In this document: piece after piece, positions 1 to 8,224 of the stretch
How the letters are laid out: every line of letters starts with the position of its first letter
How positions within the stretch are numbered: the stretch's first letter is position 1
NCBI GenBank assembly: GCA_012518155.1
Contig: JAAYTC010000108.1
Location: forward strand, 1 to 34,835
From: Bacteroidales bacterium
Lineage (GTDB): Bacteria > Bacteroidota > Bacteroidia > Bacteroidales > Dysgonomonadaceae
Reading direction: 5' to 3'
DNA length: 34,835 nt
Program-made: the position numbers and the translations under genes
The notes under the pieces: generated by a model
Seen by the model: only the letters and a program-made list of their open reading frames with translations
Told to the model about the DNA's origin: nothing
Databases searched by the model: none

Positions 1-39
1 ATTTATTGTTTTGTCTGTTTTTCAGTTGATATTTATCAA

Positions 40-918
40 TTATTTACTCTTGATTAAATTTAGCAAGTATTGCCCGTAGCTGTTCTTTTTCATGGGCTCG
101 GCAATTTCAACCAGCTTCTCTGCCGTGATCCAACCGTTATTCCAAGCGATCTCCTCGAGGCAGGATATCTTGAGCCCTTGTCGCTTTTCAAGCACCTCGA
201 CAAACGTAGAGGCTTCGGCAAGCGACCCGTGGGTGCCGGTGTCGAGCCACGCGAAGCCGCGGCCCAATAACTGTACTTTTAGCCGCTGTTGCTGCAGGTA
301 GGCTTGGTTCACCGTGGTAATCTCGAGTTCCCCCCGGTCGGAAGGTTTTACCTCTTTGGCGACGCGTACCACGCTATTCGGGTAAAAATAGAGCCCGACA
401 ATCGCGTAATTCGATTTGGGATTTCTGGGCTTTTCTTCGATGCTAAGCACGTTACCGGCCGGGTCGAATTCGGCCACACCGTAACGTTGCGGGTCGTTCA
501 CGTAGTACCCGAACACGGTGGCATTGTCGTGCTCCTCGGCCTCGTTTACCGCTTCGCGCAACATGGTGGGGAACCCCTGCCCGTAGAAAATATTGTCGCC
601 TAACACCAGGCAAGCGGAATCGTCGCCAATAAATTCCTCCCCGATGATAAAGGCTTGCGCCAGGCCATCGGGGCTCGGTTGCACGGCGTACTCGAAGCGA
701 ACGCCGTAATCGCTGCCATCGCCCAACAATCGTTGAAAAGCGGGAAGATCTTCCGGGGTGGAAATAATAAGGATCTCCCGGATCCCTGCCAACATGAGAG
801 CGGAGATGGGATAGTAAACCATGGGTTTGTCGTAAACGGGTAGAAGTTGCTTGCTTACCCCCTTGGTGATGGGGTATAAACGGGTGCCGGAACCTCCGGC
901 GAGAACGATTCCTTTCAT
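40..918 (-). CDS. rfbA: Glucose-1-phosphate thymidylyltransferase (dTDP-rhamnose pathway)
   Basis: N-terminal [31 protein letters not shown], plus [15 protein letters not shown] and WLDTGT motifs; 292 aa. Confidence 0.98.
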   Translation of the reverse strand: MKGIVLAGGSGTRLYPITKGVSKQLLPVYDKPMVYYPISALMLAGIREILIISTPEDLPAFQRLLGDGSDYGVRFEYAVQPSPDGLAQAFIIGEEFIGDDSACLVLGDNIFYGQGFPTMLREAVNEAEEHDNATVFGYYVNDPQRYGVAEFDPAGNVLSIEEKPRNPKSNYAIVGLYFYPNSVVRVAKEVKPSDRGELEITTVNQAYLQQQRLKVQLLGRGFAWLDTGTHGSLAEASTFVEVLEKRQGLKISCLEEIAWNNGWITAEKLVEIAEPMKKNSYGQYLLNLIKSK

Positions 919-964
919 CGTGTGTTCATTTTAAAAGACTCCACGTCATAATTATTAACATTTA

Positions 965-994
965 CAAAAATACAATAAAAAGAACGAGCGGCAA
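965..994 (-). promoter_or_regulatory. Bacteroidota sigmaA-type promoter for rmlA
   Basis: Minus-strand TATTTTTG (TAnnTTTG) at 972-965 and TTGC at 994-991, 47 nt above the rmlA start. Confidence 0.55.
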
Positions 995-1072
995 CTATAA
1001 TTACCTTTCAAAACCTTTCATCGTTATTGAAAGCCTTTGTAGCAATGGCATAAAGCCAGAAAAGCAGTGGCG

Positions 1073-1579
1073 TTAGTCGATTTTTTCGACCATTGATCGG
1101 CTCATTTCCACCGTGGCACATCCCAATTGCCAGATGCGGAGCGCGATGGTGGATTTCCCGTCTACCAAAATTAGTTCTCCTTCTAACCCGGTAAGGGAGC
1201 CTTTAATCACGCGTACCTTTTCCCCGGGCTGTAGGTCGCCGGAGTCGAACGATACCGGGCTATCGGAATAGTCTACCATAAACCGGAAACGATCCATCTG
1301 TCCCTGGGGGATTTCAGCGGGAGCTCGTTCGCCGCGGAGTACAAGGTAGCGTAACACCGAGGGGAGTTCGATCACGGTACGCTGTTCATTGGCATCTACT
1401 TGCACGAAAATCATCATCGGGATCAGTACCCGCTCCACCTTCTTCCGGCGGTCGCTCCACTGGCGCACCTCCTCCTGCAAGGGCAGGAAATGGGTGATGC
1501 CCAACTGGGCCAATCGATCCCTCACCTTTCTCTCGTGGTGCATTTTCACGTATGCTGCAAGCCATCGTTTTTTCGACAT
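1073..1579 (-). CDS. upxY: UpxY-family (NusG/RfaH-like) transcription antiterminator
   Basis: WLAAYVKMHHERKV...FLPLQEEVRQWSDRRKKVERVLIPMMIFV NGN domain and KOW GEKVRVIKGSLTGLEG; lies upstream of rmlA. Confidence 0.93.
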   Translation of the reverse strand: MSKKRWLAAYVKMHHERKVRDRLAQLGITHFLPLQEEVRQWSDRRKKVERVLIPMMIFVQVDANEQRTVIELPSVLRYLVLRGERAPAEIPQGQMDRFRFMVDYSDSPVSFDSGDLQPGEKVRVIKGSLTGLEGELILVDGKSTIALRIWQLGCATVEMSRSMVEKID

Positions 1580-1609
1580 TCTTGACTTTCTATATTTTCA
1601 ATCTCCCGA

Positions 1610-1641
1610 CAAATATACTATCAATTAAACAATTTCGCCAA
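1610..1641 (-). promoter_or_regulatory. sigmaA-type promoter for upxY
   Basis: Minus-strand TATATTTG at 1617-1610, with TTG about 21 nt upstream (1641-1639). Confidence 0.55.
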
Positions 1642-1648
1642 TCTTGGT

Positions 1649-1711
1649 TCAACAAAATTCGATCACTTGGGCACGAAATTCAATCAGTAGGGTACGAGAT
1701 TCAAAATGATG
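1649..1711. repeat. Degenerate 3 x 21-bp tandem repeat
   Basis: tcaacaaaattcgatcacttg / ggcacgaaattcaatcagtag / ggtacgagattcaaaatgatg; adjacent units match 14/21. It overlaps the stop of the small HTH ORF. Confidence 0.45.
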
Positions 1712-1921
1712 CAATGCTCCCTTAATTCTTTCAGTATCTCGTAGCCCTTACTGTTGACCGCCCTTTTCCCATGAGCAAGCTGATAAACCTGCAAGGGATT
1801 CACACCGGTTTTTCGCGCGATAGCACGATACGTTTTTTTGTTTTTAGATAGAAAAGTATATCGAAATAGCTCGTCATCGCGACGCGCACCCGTGTATCTA
1901 GAATAGTATTTTTGTTAACAT
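1684..1921 (-). pseudogene. Small HTH-like protein gene with no in-frame start (frameshifted or phase-variable); absent from the ORF track
   Basis: Open frame 1914-1684 reads QKYYSRYTGARRDDELFRYTFLSKNKKTYRAIARKTGVNPLQVYQLAHGKRAVNSKGYEILKELREHCIILNLVPY*. The ATG at 1921 is out of frame by one base across an A5 run. Confidence 0.6.
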
Positions 1922-1955
1922 TGCGAAAATTAACAGGACGAGAGGGGAATTATCT

Positions 1956-1963
1956 TAATTTTG
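1956..1963 (+). promoter_or_regulatory. -7 promoter box for the glycoside hydrolase gene
   Basis: TAATTTTG matches TAnnTTTG, 88 nt upstream of ATG 2051. Confidence 0.5.
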
Positions 1964-2050
1964 TAAGCGTGTAATCGCTTTTTGCCCCTGTCGACTAAGG
2001 GAGTTGCCGTTGAACGGTCAGGGCGAGAATATAATCGTTGAATAGACTAC

Positions 2051-3547
2051 ATGTACGCTATATTTCTCTTTTTTATTTTTTTTTTCACGTGCCCGGCAAA
2101 TTCGGCAGGTGCGACGAACGCGATAGATGCGACACACGCGACAGATACGACGAACGCGACAGACATACCGGCCACAGAGGTGAGGGCGGTGTGGTTGACA
2201 ACGAACTACGGGTTGGACTGGCCACGGAACCGAACGAGTCACGAGGCGCAAAAGCAGGAGCTTATCGAAATTCTGGATAACTTGCAGAAGTTTCATTTTA
2301 ACACGGTGATGTTTCAGGTGCGAGCACGGGGCGAGGTGTTGTACCGATCGGTGCTGGAGCCCATGTCGTCGCTGATTATTCCCGCCGGGCCGGGGCAACC
2401 GCCCTTCGATCCGCTGGCTTTCGCGATAGAGGAGTGCCATAAAAGGGGGATGGAGATTCACGCGTGGATGGTGACCTACCCGTTGGGGGCAGAGCGGCAC
2501 GTGAGGAGCCTGGGGCAGCGTTCGATTACACGAAAGGAGCCTTCCTTAACTAAGCGGTTTCAAGGGGAGTGGTTTCTCGACCCGGGGAACCCGCGCACCG
2601 ACGATTACCTGATCGCCCTGGTAATGGAGGTGGTGGAGAATTACGACGTGGATGGGATTCATTTCGACTATATACGTTATCCCGATAACCGGGGCCGTTT
2701 TCCCGACGATGGGATGTATCGGCTACACGGGAAAGGGATGGCGCGGGCAGATTGGCGACGGAGAAATATTACCCGTTTCGTGACAAAGGTGTACGACCGG
2801 GTGAAGGAGACTAAGCCGTGGGTGCAGGTAAGCAGCGCGCCGCTGGGGCGTTACCGCGCGCTGAACGGCGTGGGGGGCGGATGGACGGCACTGGAGACGG
2901 TGTTTCAAGACGCGGGGCACTGGATGCGAATCGGTAAGCACGACGCGCTCTACCCGATGATGTATTACAAGGATCAGCTGTTTTACCCGTTCGTGGACGA
3001 TTGGGTGGCACAAGGTAATGGCCGGATCGTGGTACCAGGACTGGGGGTGTACCAGATGATCGAACTGGGATGGCCGCTACAGGATATCGTGAACCAAATG
3101 GATCATACGCGAGAGAAGGAGGTGCACGGGCAGGCTTACTTCCGGGTGGATAACGTGCTCGCGAACACGAAGGGGATTTTGAAGGAGCTGGAAAAATATT
3201 ATCGCCGCCCGGCGAAGCTTCCGCCGTTGAAGTGGCTAAGCGATTCGATACCGGAGAAGCCGGGCGATTTACGCGCGGAACGTAACGGAGAGGGGTTGTT
3301 CGAACTGGCATGGGAAGGCAGCGACGAGAGAGTGACGTATAATATCTACCGGAGTGAAACGGATAGCTTGAACACTGACGACGGGGACCAGTTGATCGCC
3401 ACGGGGTTGCGACAAACCATCTTTCACATGGTGGTGCCGGACAACGATCAAGCTTATTACTACTATATCACGACGTCGGACTCTTTTCATAACGAAAGTG
3501 AACCCTGTATACCCGCTTTTTTTTATCACTCGGAGACAGTAAAGTAA
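2051..3547 (+). CDS. Secreted glycoside hydrolase-like 10 (DUF187/YddW-DigH-like) protein with C-terminal Fn3-like domain
   Basis: EVRAVWLTTNYGLDWP, FQVR, FDPLAFAIEECHKRGMEIHAW, YDVDGIHFDYIRYP; hydrophobic N-terminus. The start is uncertain (see T10 finding). Confidence 0.88.
   Translation: MYAIFLFFIFFFTCPANSAGATNAIDATHATDTTNATDIPATEVRAVWLTTNYGLDWPRNRTSHEAQKQELIEILDNLQKFHFNTVMFQVRARGEVLYRSVLEPMSSLIIPAGPGQPPFDPLAFAIEECHKRGMEIHAWMVTYPLGAERHVRSLGQRSITRKEPSLTKRFQGEWFLDPGNPRTDDYLIALVMEVVENYDVDGIHFDYIRYPDNRGRFPDDGMYRLHGKGMARADWRRRNITRFVTKVYDRVKETKPWVQVSSAPLGRYRALNGVGGGWTALETVFQDAGHWMRIGKHDALYPMMYYKDQLFYPFVDDWVAQGNGRIVVPGLGVYQMIELGWPLQDIVNQMDHTREKEVHGQAYFRVDNVLANTKGILKELEKYYRRPAKLPPLKWLSDSIPEKPGDLRAERNGEGLFELAWEGSDERVTYNIYRSETDSLNTDDGDQLIATGLRQTIFHMVVPDNDQAYYYYITTSDSFHNESEPCIPAFFYHSETVK
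2111..2164 (+). repeat. In-frame 3 x 18-bp repeat (ATNAID/ATHATD/TTNATD)
   Basis: gcgacgaacgcgatagat gcgacacacgcgacagat acgacgaacgcgacagac, directly after the signal peptide. Confidence 0.85.
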
Positions 3548-3591
3548 CCATATTGTGATGGCAAATACGCGGGGAAATAGAAAAAAAATCC

Positions 3592-3599
3592 TATTTTTG
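3592..3599 (+). promoter_or_regulatory. -7 promoter box for fur-purA (near-leaderless)
   Basis: TATTTTTG ends 5 nt before the fur ATG. Confidence 0.6.
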
Positions 3600-3604
3600 T
3601 AGCC

Positions 3605-4144
3605 ATGGATTCCAATCTGAAATTAAAAAAGCAGGTGCATCAGGAGTTTATGGAGTATCTCACGCTGCATAAACAGAGGAAGACACCGGAACGGTTCGCC
3701 GTGCTTGACCATATATATTCCACGAAAGGACATTTCGACGTGGACTCACTTTATAAATCGATGCTGGAGAGAAGTTTTAGAGTGAGCCGTGCCACGCTGT
3801 ATAACACGATCGACTTGCTGTTGGATTGTGGCTTGGTGGTGAAACACCAGTTCGGGGGGAATATGTCGAAATACGAGCGGTCGTACGGGAACGAAAACCA
3901 TAATCACGTGATTTGTACCACGTGCGGCGAGGTGAGGGAGATGGAAAATGACGATTTGCTGACGCCCGCGCAACTGAAAAAGATACGAAAATTCACGGTC
4001 AACTACTATAGCATGTATATTTATGGAACATGCAGTAAATGTACGCACGCGAAGAATATGAAACTGAGGAGGCTGACCCGGCAAAGCAACAAAGGCAAAG
4101 CGAATAAAGGGAAAAAACAGCCGACAACGAAAGGAAAACGATAG
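3605..4144 (+). CDS. fur: Fur-family transcriptional regulator
   Basis: RKTPERFAVL, HFDVDSLY, VSRATLYNTIDLL, HNHVICTTCG and CSKC; fur-purA synteny is typical of Bacteroidales. Confidence 0.93.
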   Translation: MDSNLKLKKQVHQEFMEYLTLHKQRKTPERFAVLDHIYSTKGHFDVDSLYKSMLERSFRVSRATLYNTIDLLLDCGLVVKHQFGGNMSKYERSYGNENHNHVICTTCGEVREMENDDLLTPAQLKKIRKFTVNYYSMYIYGTCSKCTHAKNMKLRRLTRQSNKGKANKGKKQPTTKGKR

Positions 4145-4182
4145 CTTATCGCGATACTGAAAAATAAACGATTTAGATAAAA

Positions 4183-5442
4183 ATGAAGGTTGATGTAATT
4201 CTTGGGCTCCAATGGGGCGACGAAGGTAAAGGAAAAGTGGTGGATGTGCTTACACCCGGTTACGAAATGGTGGCACGGTTCCAAGGAGGGCCCAACGCGG
4301 GACACACGCTGGAGTTCGAGGGTAAAAAATTTATCCTCAAGTCGATTCCGTCGGGTATCTTCCAAGAGGGAAAAATTAACGTGATCGGTAACGGGGTGGT
4401 GATCGACCCGGCACTCTTTAAATTGGAGGTGGAAACGCTGGAGGAGTCGGGGCATACGCTCACCGACCGCCTCTGTATTTCCAAGAAGGCACACCTGATT
4501 TTGCCCACGCACCGGCTGCTGGACGCGGCGTCGGAGAAGGCGATGGGCGACGCGAAGATTGGTACCACCGGAAGGGGTATCGGACCAGCGTATACCGATA
4601 AAATTAGCCGTCACGGGCTGAGGGTGGGGGACCTGTTTCATGACTTCGAAACAAAATACCGCAAGGCGGTGCTGAGGCACAAGGAGATGCTGGATCAGTA
4701 CGATTTTGAATATGACCTGCCCGGGCTGGAGAAGCAGTGGTTTGAGGGGGTGGAGAAAATGAAGGAGTTCCAAATTATTGATAGCGAGCACGTGATTCAA
4801 CGGCACTTGGACGAGGGGGGCACGGTACTGGCCGAAGGGGCGCAGGGCTCGATGCTGGATATCGACTTCGGGTCGTACCCGTTCGTGACCTCTTCAACGA
4901 CCTCTTGCGCGGGGGCGTGCACGGGCCTGGGGATCTCGCCGAGGCAAATCGGGGAGGTGTTTGGTATTTTCAAAGCCTATTGTACCCGGGTGGGCAGCGG
5001 GCCTTTCCCAACGGAGCTGTTCGATGACGATGGGCAACGACTGAGGGACAATGGCAATGAGTATGGCTCGGTAACGGGACGCCCGCGGAGGTGTGGGTGG
5101 ATCGACCTGGTGGCACTGAGGTACACGATTAAACTGAACGGGGTGACCAAATTGGTGATGATGAAGAGCGACGTGTTGGATGAATTTGAATCGATCAAGG
5201 CGTGCATCGCTTACCGGGTTAACGGGCAGGAGACGGAAGAGTTGCCGTATGACCTGGAAACAGGGATCGAACCGGTATACGTGGAGTTGCCGGGGTGGCA
5301 AGCCGATATGACGAAGATACAGTCGGAGAACGAGTTCCCGGAGGAATTTAATAACTATGTCACTTTCCTGGAGGAGGAGCTGGAGGTGCCGATCACGATC
5401 GTGTCGGTAGGACCGGACCGGGCGCAGACGATTATCCGTTGA
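4183..5442 (+). CDS. purA: Adenylosuccinate synthetase
   Basis: GLQWGDEGKGK, GGPNAGHT, EGAQG and TGRPRRCGW motifs. Confidence 0.99.
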   Translation: MKVDVILGLQWGDEGKGKVVDVLTPGYEMVARFQGGPNAGHTLEFEGKKFILKSIPSGIFQEGKINVIGNGVVIDPALFKLEVETLEESGHTLTDRLCISKKAHLILPTHRLLDAASEKAMGDAKIGTTGRGIGPAYTDKISRHGLRVGDLFHDFETKYRKAVLRHKEMLDQYDFEYDLPGLEKQWFEGVEKMKEFQIIDSEHVIQRHLDEGGTVLAEGAQGSMLDIDFGSYPFVTSSTTSCAGACTGLGISPRQIGEVFGIFKAYCTRVGSGPFPTELFDDDGQRLRDNGNEYGSVTGRPRRCGWIDLVALRYTIKLNGVTKLVMMKSDVLDEFESIKACIAYRVNGQETEELPYDLETGIEPVYVELPGWQADMTKIQSENEFPEEFNNYVTFLEEELEVPITIVSVGPDRAQTIIR

Positions 5443-5456
5443 TCGCTTTCTTTTAA

Positions 5457-5473
5457 TCGGCACGATATTTGCA
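5457..5473 (+). promoter_or_regulatory. sigma54 (RpoN)-type -24/-12 promoter
   Basis: TCGGCACGATATTTGCA: GG(5459-60)-N10-GC(5471-72), matching TGGCACG-N4-TTGCW. Confidence 0.75.
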
Positions 5474-5540
5474 CATTCATAGCGTATAAGCAATACGTTA
5501 ACTCAAAAAGAGTTCAGGCTAAAACTTAGGAATTTTATAT

Positions 5541-6224
5541 ATGGCAACAATTTGGATTTTATTTATCGCGATAGCGATTGCAGGATGGATCGTGCAAGGC
5601 ACGTTGCAGAGCCGGTTTAAAAAATACTCCCGAATTCCGCTTCGAAACGGGATGACGGGGAAGGAGGTGGCGGAGAAGATGCTGCACGAGAACGGGATTC
5701 ACGATGTGCAGGTGATCTCGGTGAGGGGAAAACTGACCGACCATTATAACCCGCTGAACAAGACGATTAACCTGAGTGAGCCGGTCTACGGTTCGCATAG
5801 CGTGGCCGCCGCCGCTGTAGCGGCACACGAAACGGGGCACGCCATTCAACACGCGGTGGGGTACGCGCCGCTCAAGATGCGATCGGCGTTGGTGCCGGTT
5901 ATCTCCTCTACCTCCAAGTGGGTGATGTGGGTGATTTTGGCCGGTATTATCATGATACAGACTTTCCCGATGCTTATTTGGTTTGGTATCGCGATGTTCG
6001 CGCTCACCACGCTCTTTAGCTTCGTGACGCTGCCGGTGGAAAAGAATGCCACCAACCGGGCTATTCGATGGCTAAGCAGCGCGGGGATTACCGACGTGAG
6101 TAATCATAACCAAGCGGTGGACGCTCTGCGATGGGCGGGGTATACCTACGTGATCGCGGCACTTAGCTCGCTGGCTACCTTGCTCTATTACGTGATGATT
6201 GCCATGAGCGGCAGCAGACGCTGA
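5541..6224 (+). CDS. YugP-family membrane zinc metallopeptidase
   Basis: LTDHYNP, AAHETGHAIQH (HExxH) and VTLPVEKNA; several TM segments. Confidence 0.92.
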   Translation: MATIWILFIAIAIAGWIVQGTLQSRFKKYSRIPLRNGMTGKEVAEKMLHENGIHDVQVISVRGKLTDHYNPLNKTINLSEPVYGSHSVAAAAVAAHETGHAIQHAVGYAPLKMRSALVPVISSTSKWVMWVILAGIIMIQTFPMLIWFGIAMFALTTLFSFVTLPVEKNATNRAIRWLSSAGITDVSNHNQAVDALRWAGYTYVIAALSSLATLLYYVMIAMSGSRR

Positions 6225-6225
6225 T

Positions 6226-6280
6226 CAAGAATCAGGCAAGAGTCGGGTTAGAATCAGGCAAGAGTCGGGCAAGAATAAGG
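6226..6280. repeat. 5 x 11-bp tandem repeat with 22-bp higher-order period
   Basis: caagaatcagg caagagtcggg ttagaatcagg caagagtcggg caagaataagg. Confidence 0.85.
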
Positions 6281-6360
6281 AAGCGGCAACAACAATGAAG
6301 TTGACAACAAGTAACAGACACTGATAAGAAATAGGAGACGAATTTCGCTCGTGATTTTTA

Positions 6361-6389
6361 GTGAAGACGGCAACATTTGCCGTCTTCAC
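6361..6389 (+). terminator. Perfect 13-bp stem-loop, probable terminator or stabiliser after the Zn-peptidase
   Basis: gtgaagacggcaa-cat-ttgccgtcttcac, followed by gtgtttaaaa (weak U tail). Confidence 0.55.
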
Positions 6390-6452
6390 GTGTTTAAAAA
6401 GGTGGACAAGCCAAAGAAAGGAAGCTTGAACTTGGCGGTAAACTACGTGAAG

Positions 6453-7385
6453 ATGAAAACAGTATTGATCACGGGCGGTTCGGGAATGGTGGGCAAAGAG
6501 CTGACCAAGCTTTTAACCGGTAATAATTACCGGGTGATATGGCTCAGCCGAGAGCGACATGTGAAGGCGGAGATTCCGCGCTACCGGTGGGATTACCGAC
6601 GAGGTGAAATCGACCTCGAGGCGGTGAAGCAAGCCGATGTGATTGTACACCTCGCGGGGTCGAACTTGGGCGACGACGCGTGGACGAGGATGAAGAAGCA
6701 ACGGATCGTGGAAAGCCGCGTGCAGACGGCCAGATTGTTGCTTGAGACGGTGAAAAAACTGGATAAGCAACTGGACGTGTTTGTGTCGGCCTCGGCAGTG
6801 GGCTACTACGGCATGGCGACAGTCGACCGGGTCTTCACCGAGGCGGACGTGCCGGCGAAAGGGGATTTCCTGAGCCGCACTTGCAAGAAATGGGAGAACG
6901 CGGCGTTTACTTTCCAGGAGGAACGGGGTATTCGTACCGTGGCACTGCGTACGGCTTTCGTGATCGCGAAGGAGAGCGACGGGTTCAAGAAGATGCTGCT
7001 CCCTACCCGGATAGGGCTGGGTGCACCATTGGGCTCGGGCAGGCAGGCGATGAATTGGGTGCATATCGACGACCTGTGCCGAATGTATCTCAAGGCAATC
7101 GAGGACAGGTCGATGCGCGGGGTATACAATGCCGCGGCACCGCACCAAACGACCAACAAGGAGTTCATGCAGGCATTGGCGAGAGGGATGAAACGCCCCT
7201 TCTTCTTCCCGAAGGTGCCGTCGTTCTTATTGCGGCTTTTCATGGGGGAAGCGGCCGGAATGATACTGGAAGGGAGTCCCGTTTCGTCGGAGAAGATTCA
7301 AAACGCCGGGTTCTCGTTTGATTATCCCAATGCAGACGGGGCTATTGCCGCAACCCTGGAAGCGATAAAAGAAACCGCCTCATAA
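6453..7385 (+). CDS. TIGR01777/YfcH-family NAD-dependent epimerase-like oxidoreductase
   Basis: MKTVLITGGSGMVG Rossmann start (ATG 6453 preferred over GTG 6351), SASAVGYYG, GSGRQAMNWVHIDD. Confidence 0.9.
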   Translation: MKTVLITGGSGMVGKELTKLLTGNNYRVIWLSRERHVKAEIPRYRWDYRRGEIDLEAVKQADVIVHLAGSNLGDDAWTRMKKQRIVESRVQTARLLLETVKKLDKQLDVFVSASAVGYYGMATVDRVFTEADVPAKGDFLSRTCKKWENAAFTFQEERGIRTVALRTAFVIAKESDGFKKMLLPTRIGLGAPLGSGRQAMNWVHIDDLCRMYLKAIEDRSMRGVYNAAAPHQTTNKEFMQALARGMKRPFFFPKVPSFLLRLFMGEAAGMILEGSPVSSEKIQNAGFSFDYPNADGAIAATLEAIKETAS

Positions 7386-7400
7386 TTTTCGCCGGAACGG

Positions 7401-7425
7401 AAACAATTTAACGGGGAAGTACGTT
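7401..7425 (+). promoter_or_regulatory. ECF-sigma-like promoter for the DJ-1/DUF1801/VOC operon
   Basis: AAAC-aatttaacggggaagta(17)-CGTT; same architecture as the sites at 10833 and 11027. Confidence 0.45.
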
Positions 7426-7487
7426 TAAGTTTAAGAATCACAGCTGTTTTTAAATGAATTAACAGCACGTTTATACTGTCTCAACTG

Positions 7488-7529
7488 CGCGTGGATGCTG
7501 TTATAGTTCGCGTGGATGCTGTTATAGTT
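7488..7529. repeat. Exact 2 x 21-bp tandem duplication
   Basis: cgcgtggatgctgttatagtt x2. Confidence 0.95.
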
Positions 7530-7626
7530 AGTGTCAGCATTATGTTGATTACAACCGGCATGAATCAAAGGCCGATGAGGAAAGATTATTTTTAAGGGTA
7601 ATCTATTGAACCTAAACTGCAAAACA

Positions 7627-8190
7627 ATGAAACCAACCGTGTATGTGTTTCTTTTTAACGGGTATATCGACTGGGAAGTCGGATACGTGATGCCCGGTTT
7701 AATTCACTCGGGAAAAGCAAAAGTGCAATCTTTCTCGTTAGATGGGAAGAAAGTGAAATCGGCAGGAGGCTTACGCGTGAAACCCGACCTGGCAATCGAT
7801 GAGGTGAAGGTGGACGAAAATGCGCTCCTGATCCTTCCAGGGGGTGTGCCTTGGGAAGAGAATAAGATTACCGGGATGGATCAATTGGTGAAGGAGTTCC
7901 TGGAGAAAGGGATGGCAGTGGGCGCGATCTGCGCGGCGACTGTCTTCTTGGCACAGTTGGGTGTATTGGATGATATGACACACACGAGCAACGGGTTGAA
8001 GTACTTGAAGCAGCATGCTCCTGATTACGAGGGGGAGTCGCTTTACGTCGACGTGCCGGCACTGCAATCGGGAAAGCTGGTGACGGCGTCAGGGACGAGC
8101 TCGGTGGAGTTCGCGAGGGAAATTTTCTCGCTTACCCATGCCTATACCGAGGAGGAACTGGAGGAGTGGTACATGCTCTTCCGGATGTAA
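7627..8190 (+). CDS. DJ-1/PfpI-family protein (type 1 glutamine amidotransferase-like)
   Basis: DWE, LILPGG and nucleophile elbow GAICAA; ATG 7627 preferred over TTG 7606. Confidence 0.9.
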   Translation: MKPTVYVFLFNGYIDWEVGYVMPGLIHSGKAKVQSFSLDGKKVKSAGGLRVKPDLAIDEVKVDENALLILPGGVPWEENKITGMDQLVKEFLEKGMAVGAICAATVFLAQLGVLDDMTHTSNGLKYLKQHAPDYEGESLYVDVPALQSGKLVTASGTSSVEFAREIFSLTHAYTEEELEEWYMLFRM

Positions 8191-8224
8191 GACTATATCA
8201 CGTGTTTCCCTAAATTATCTTACG

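Noticed and set aside
1580-2050. Invertible promoter for the polysaccharide locus
   Set aside because: No pair of long inverted repeats found, and no recombinase in the window.
4050-4144. Lys/Arg-rich Fur tail as a novel domain
   Set aside because: Low complexity, and basic tails are common on Bacteroidales Fur as recalled.
7470-7545. WYL/YafY-type operator before the DJ-1 operon (ACTGTC, TGTCAG)
   Set aside because: The half-sites do not form a properly spaced dyad, and no such regulator is nearby.
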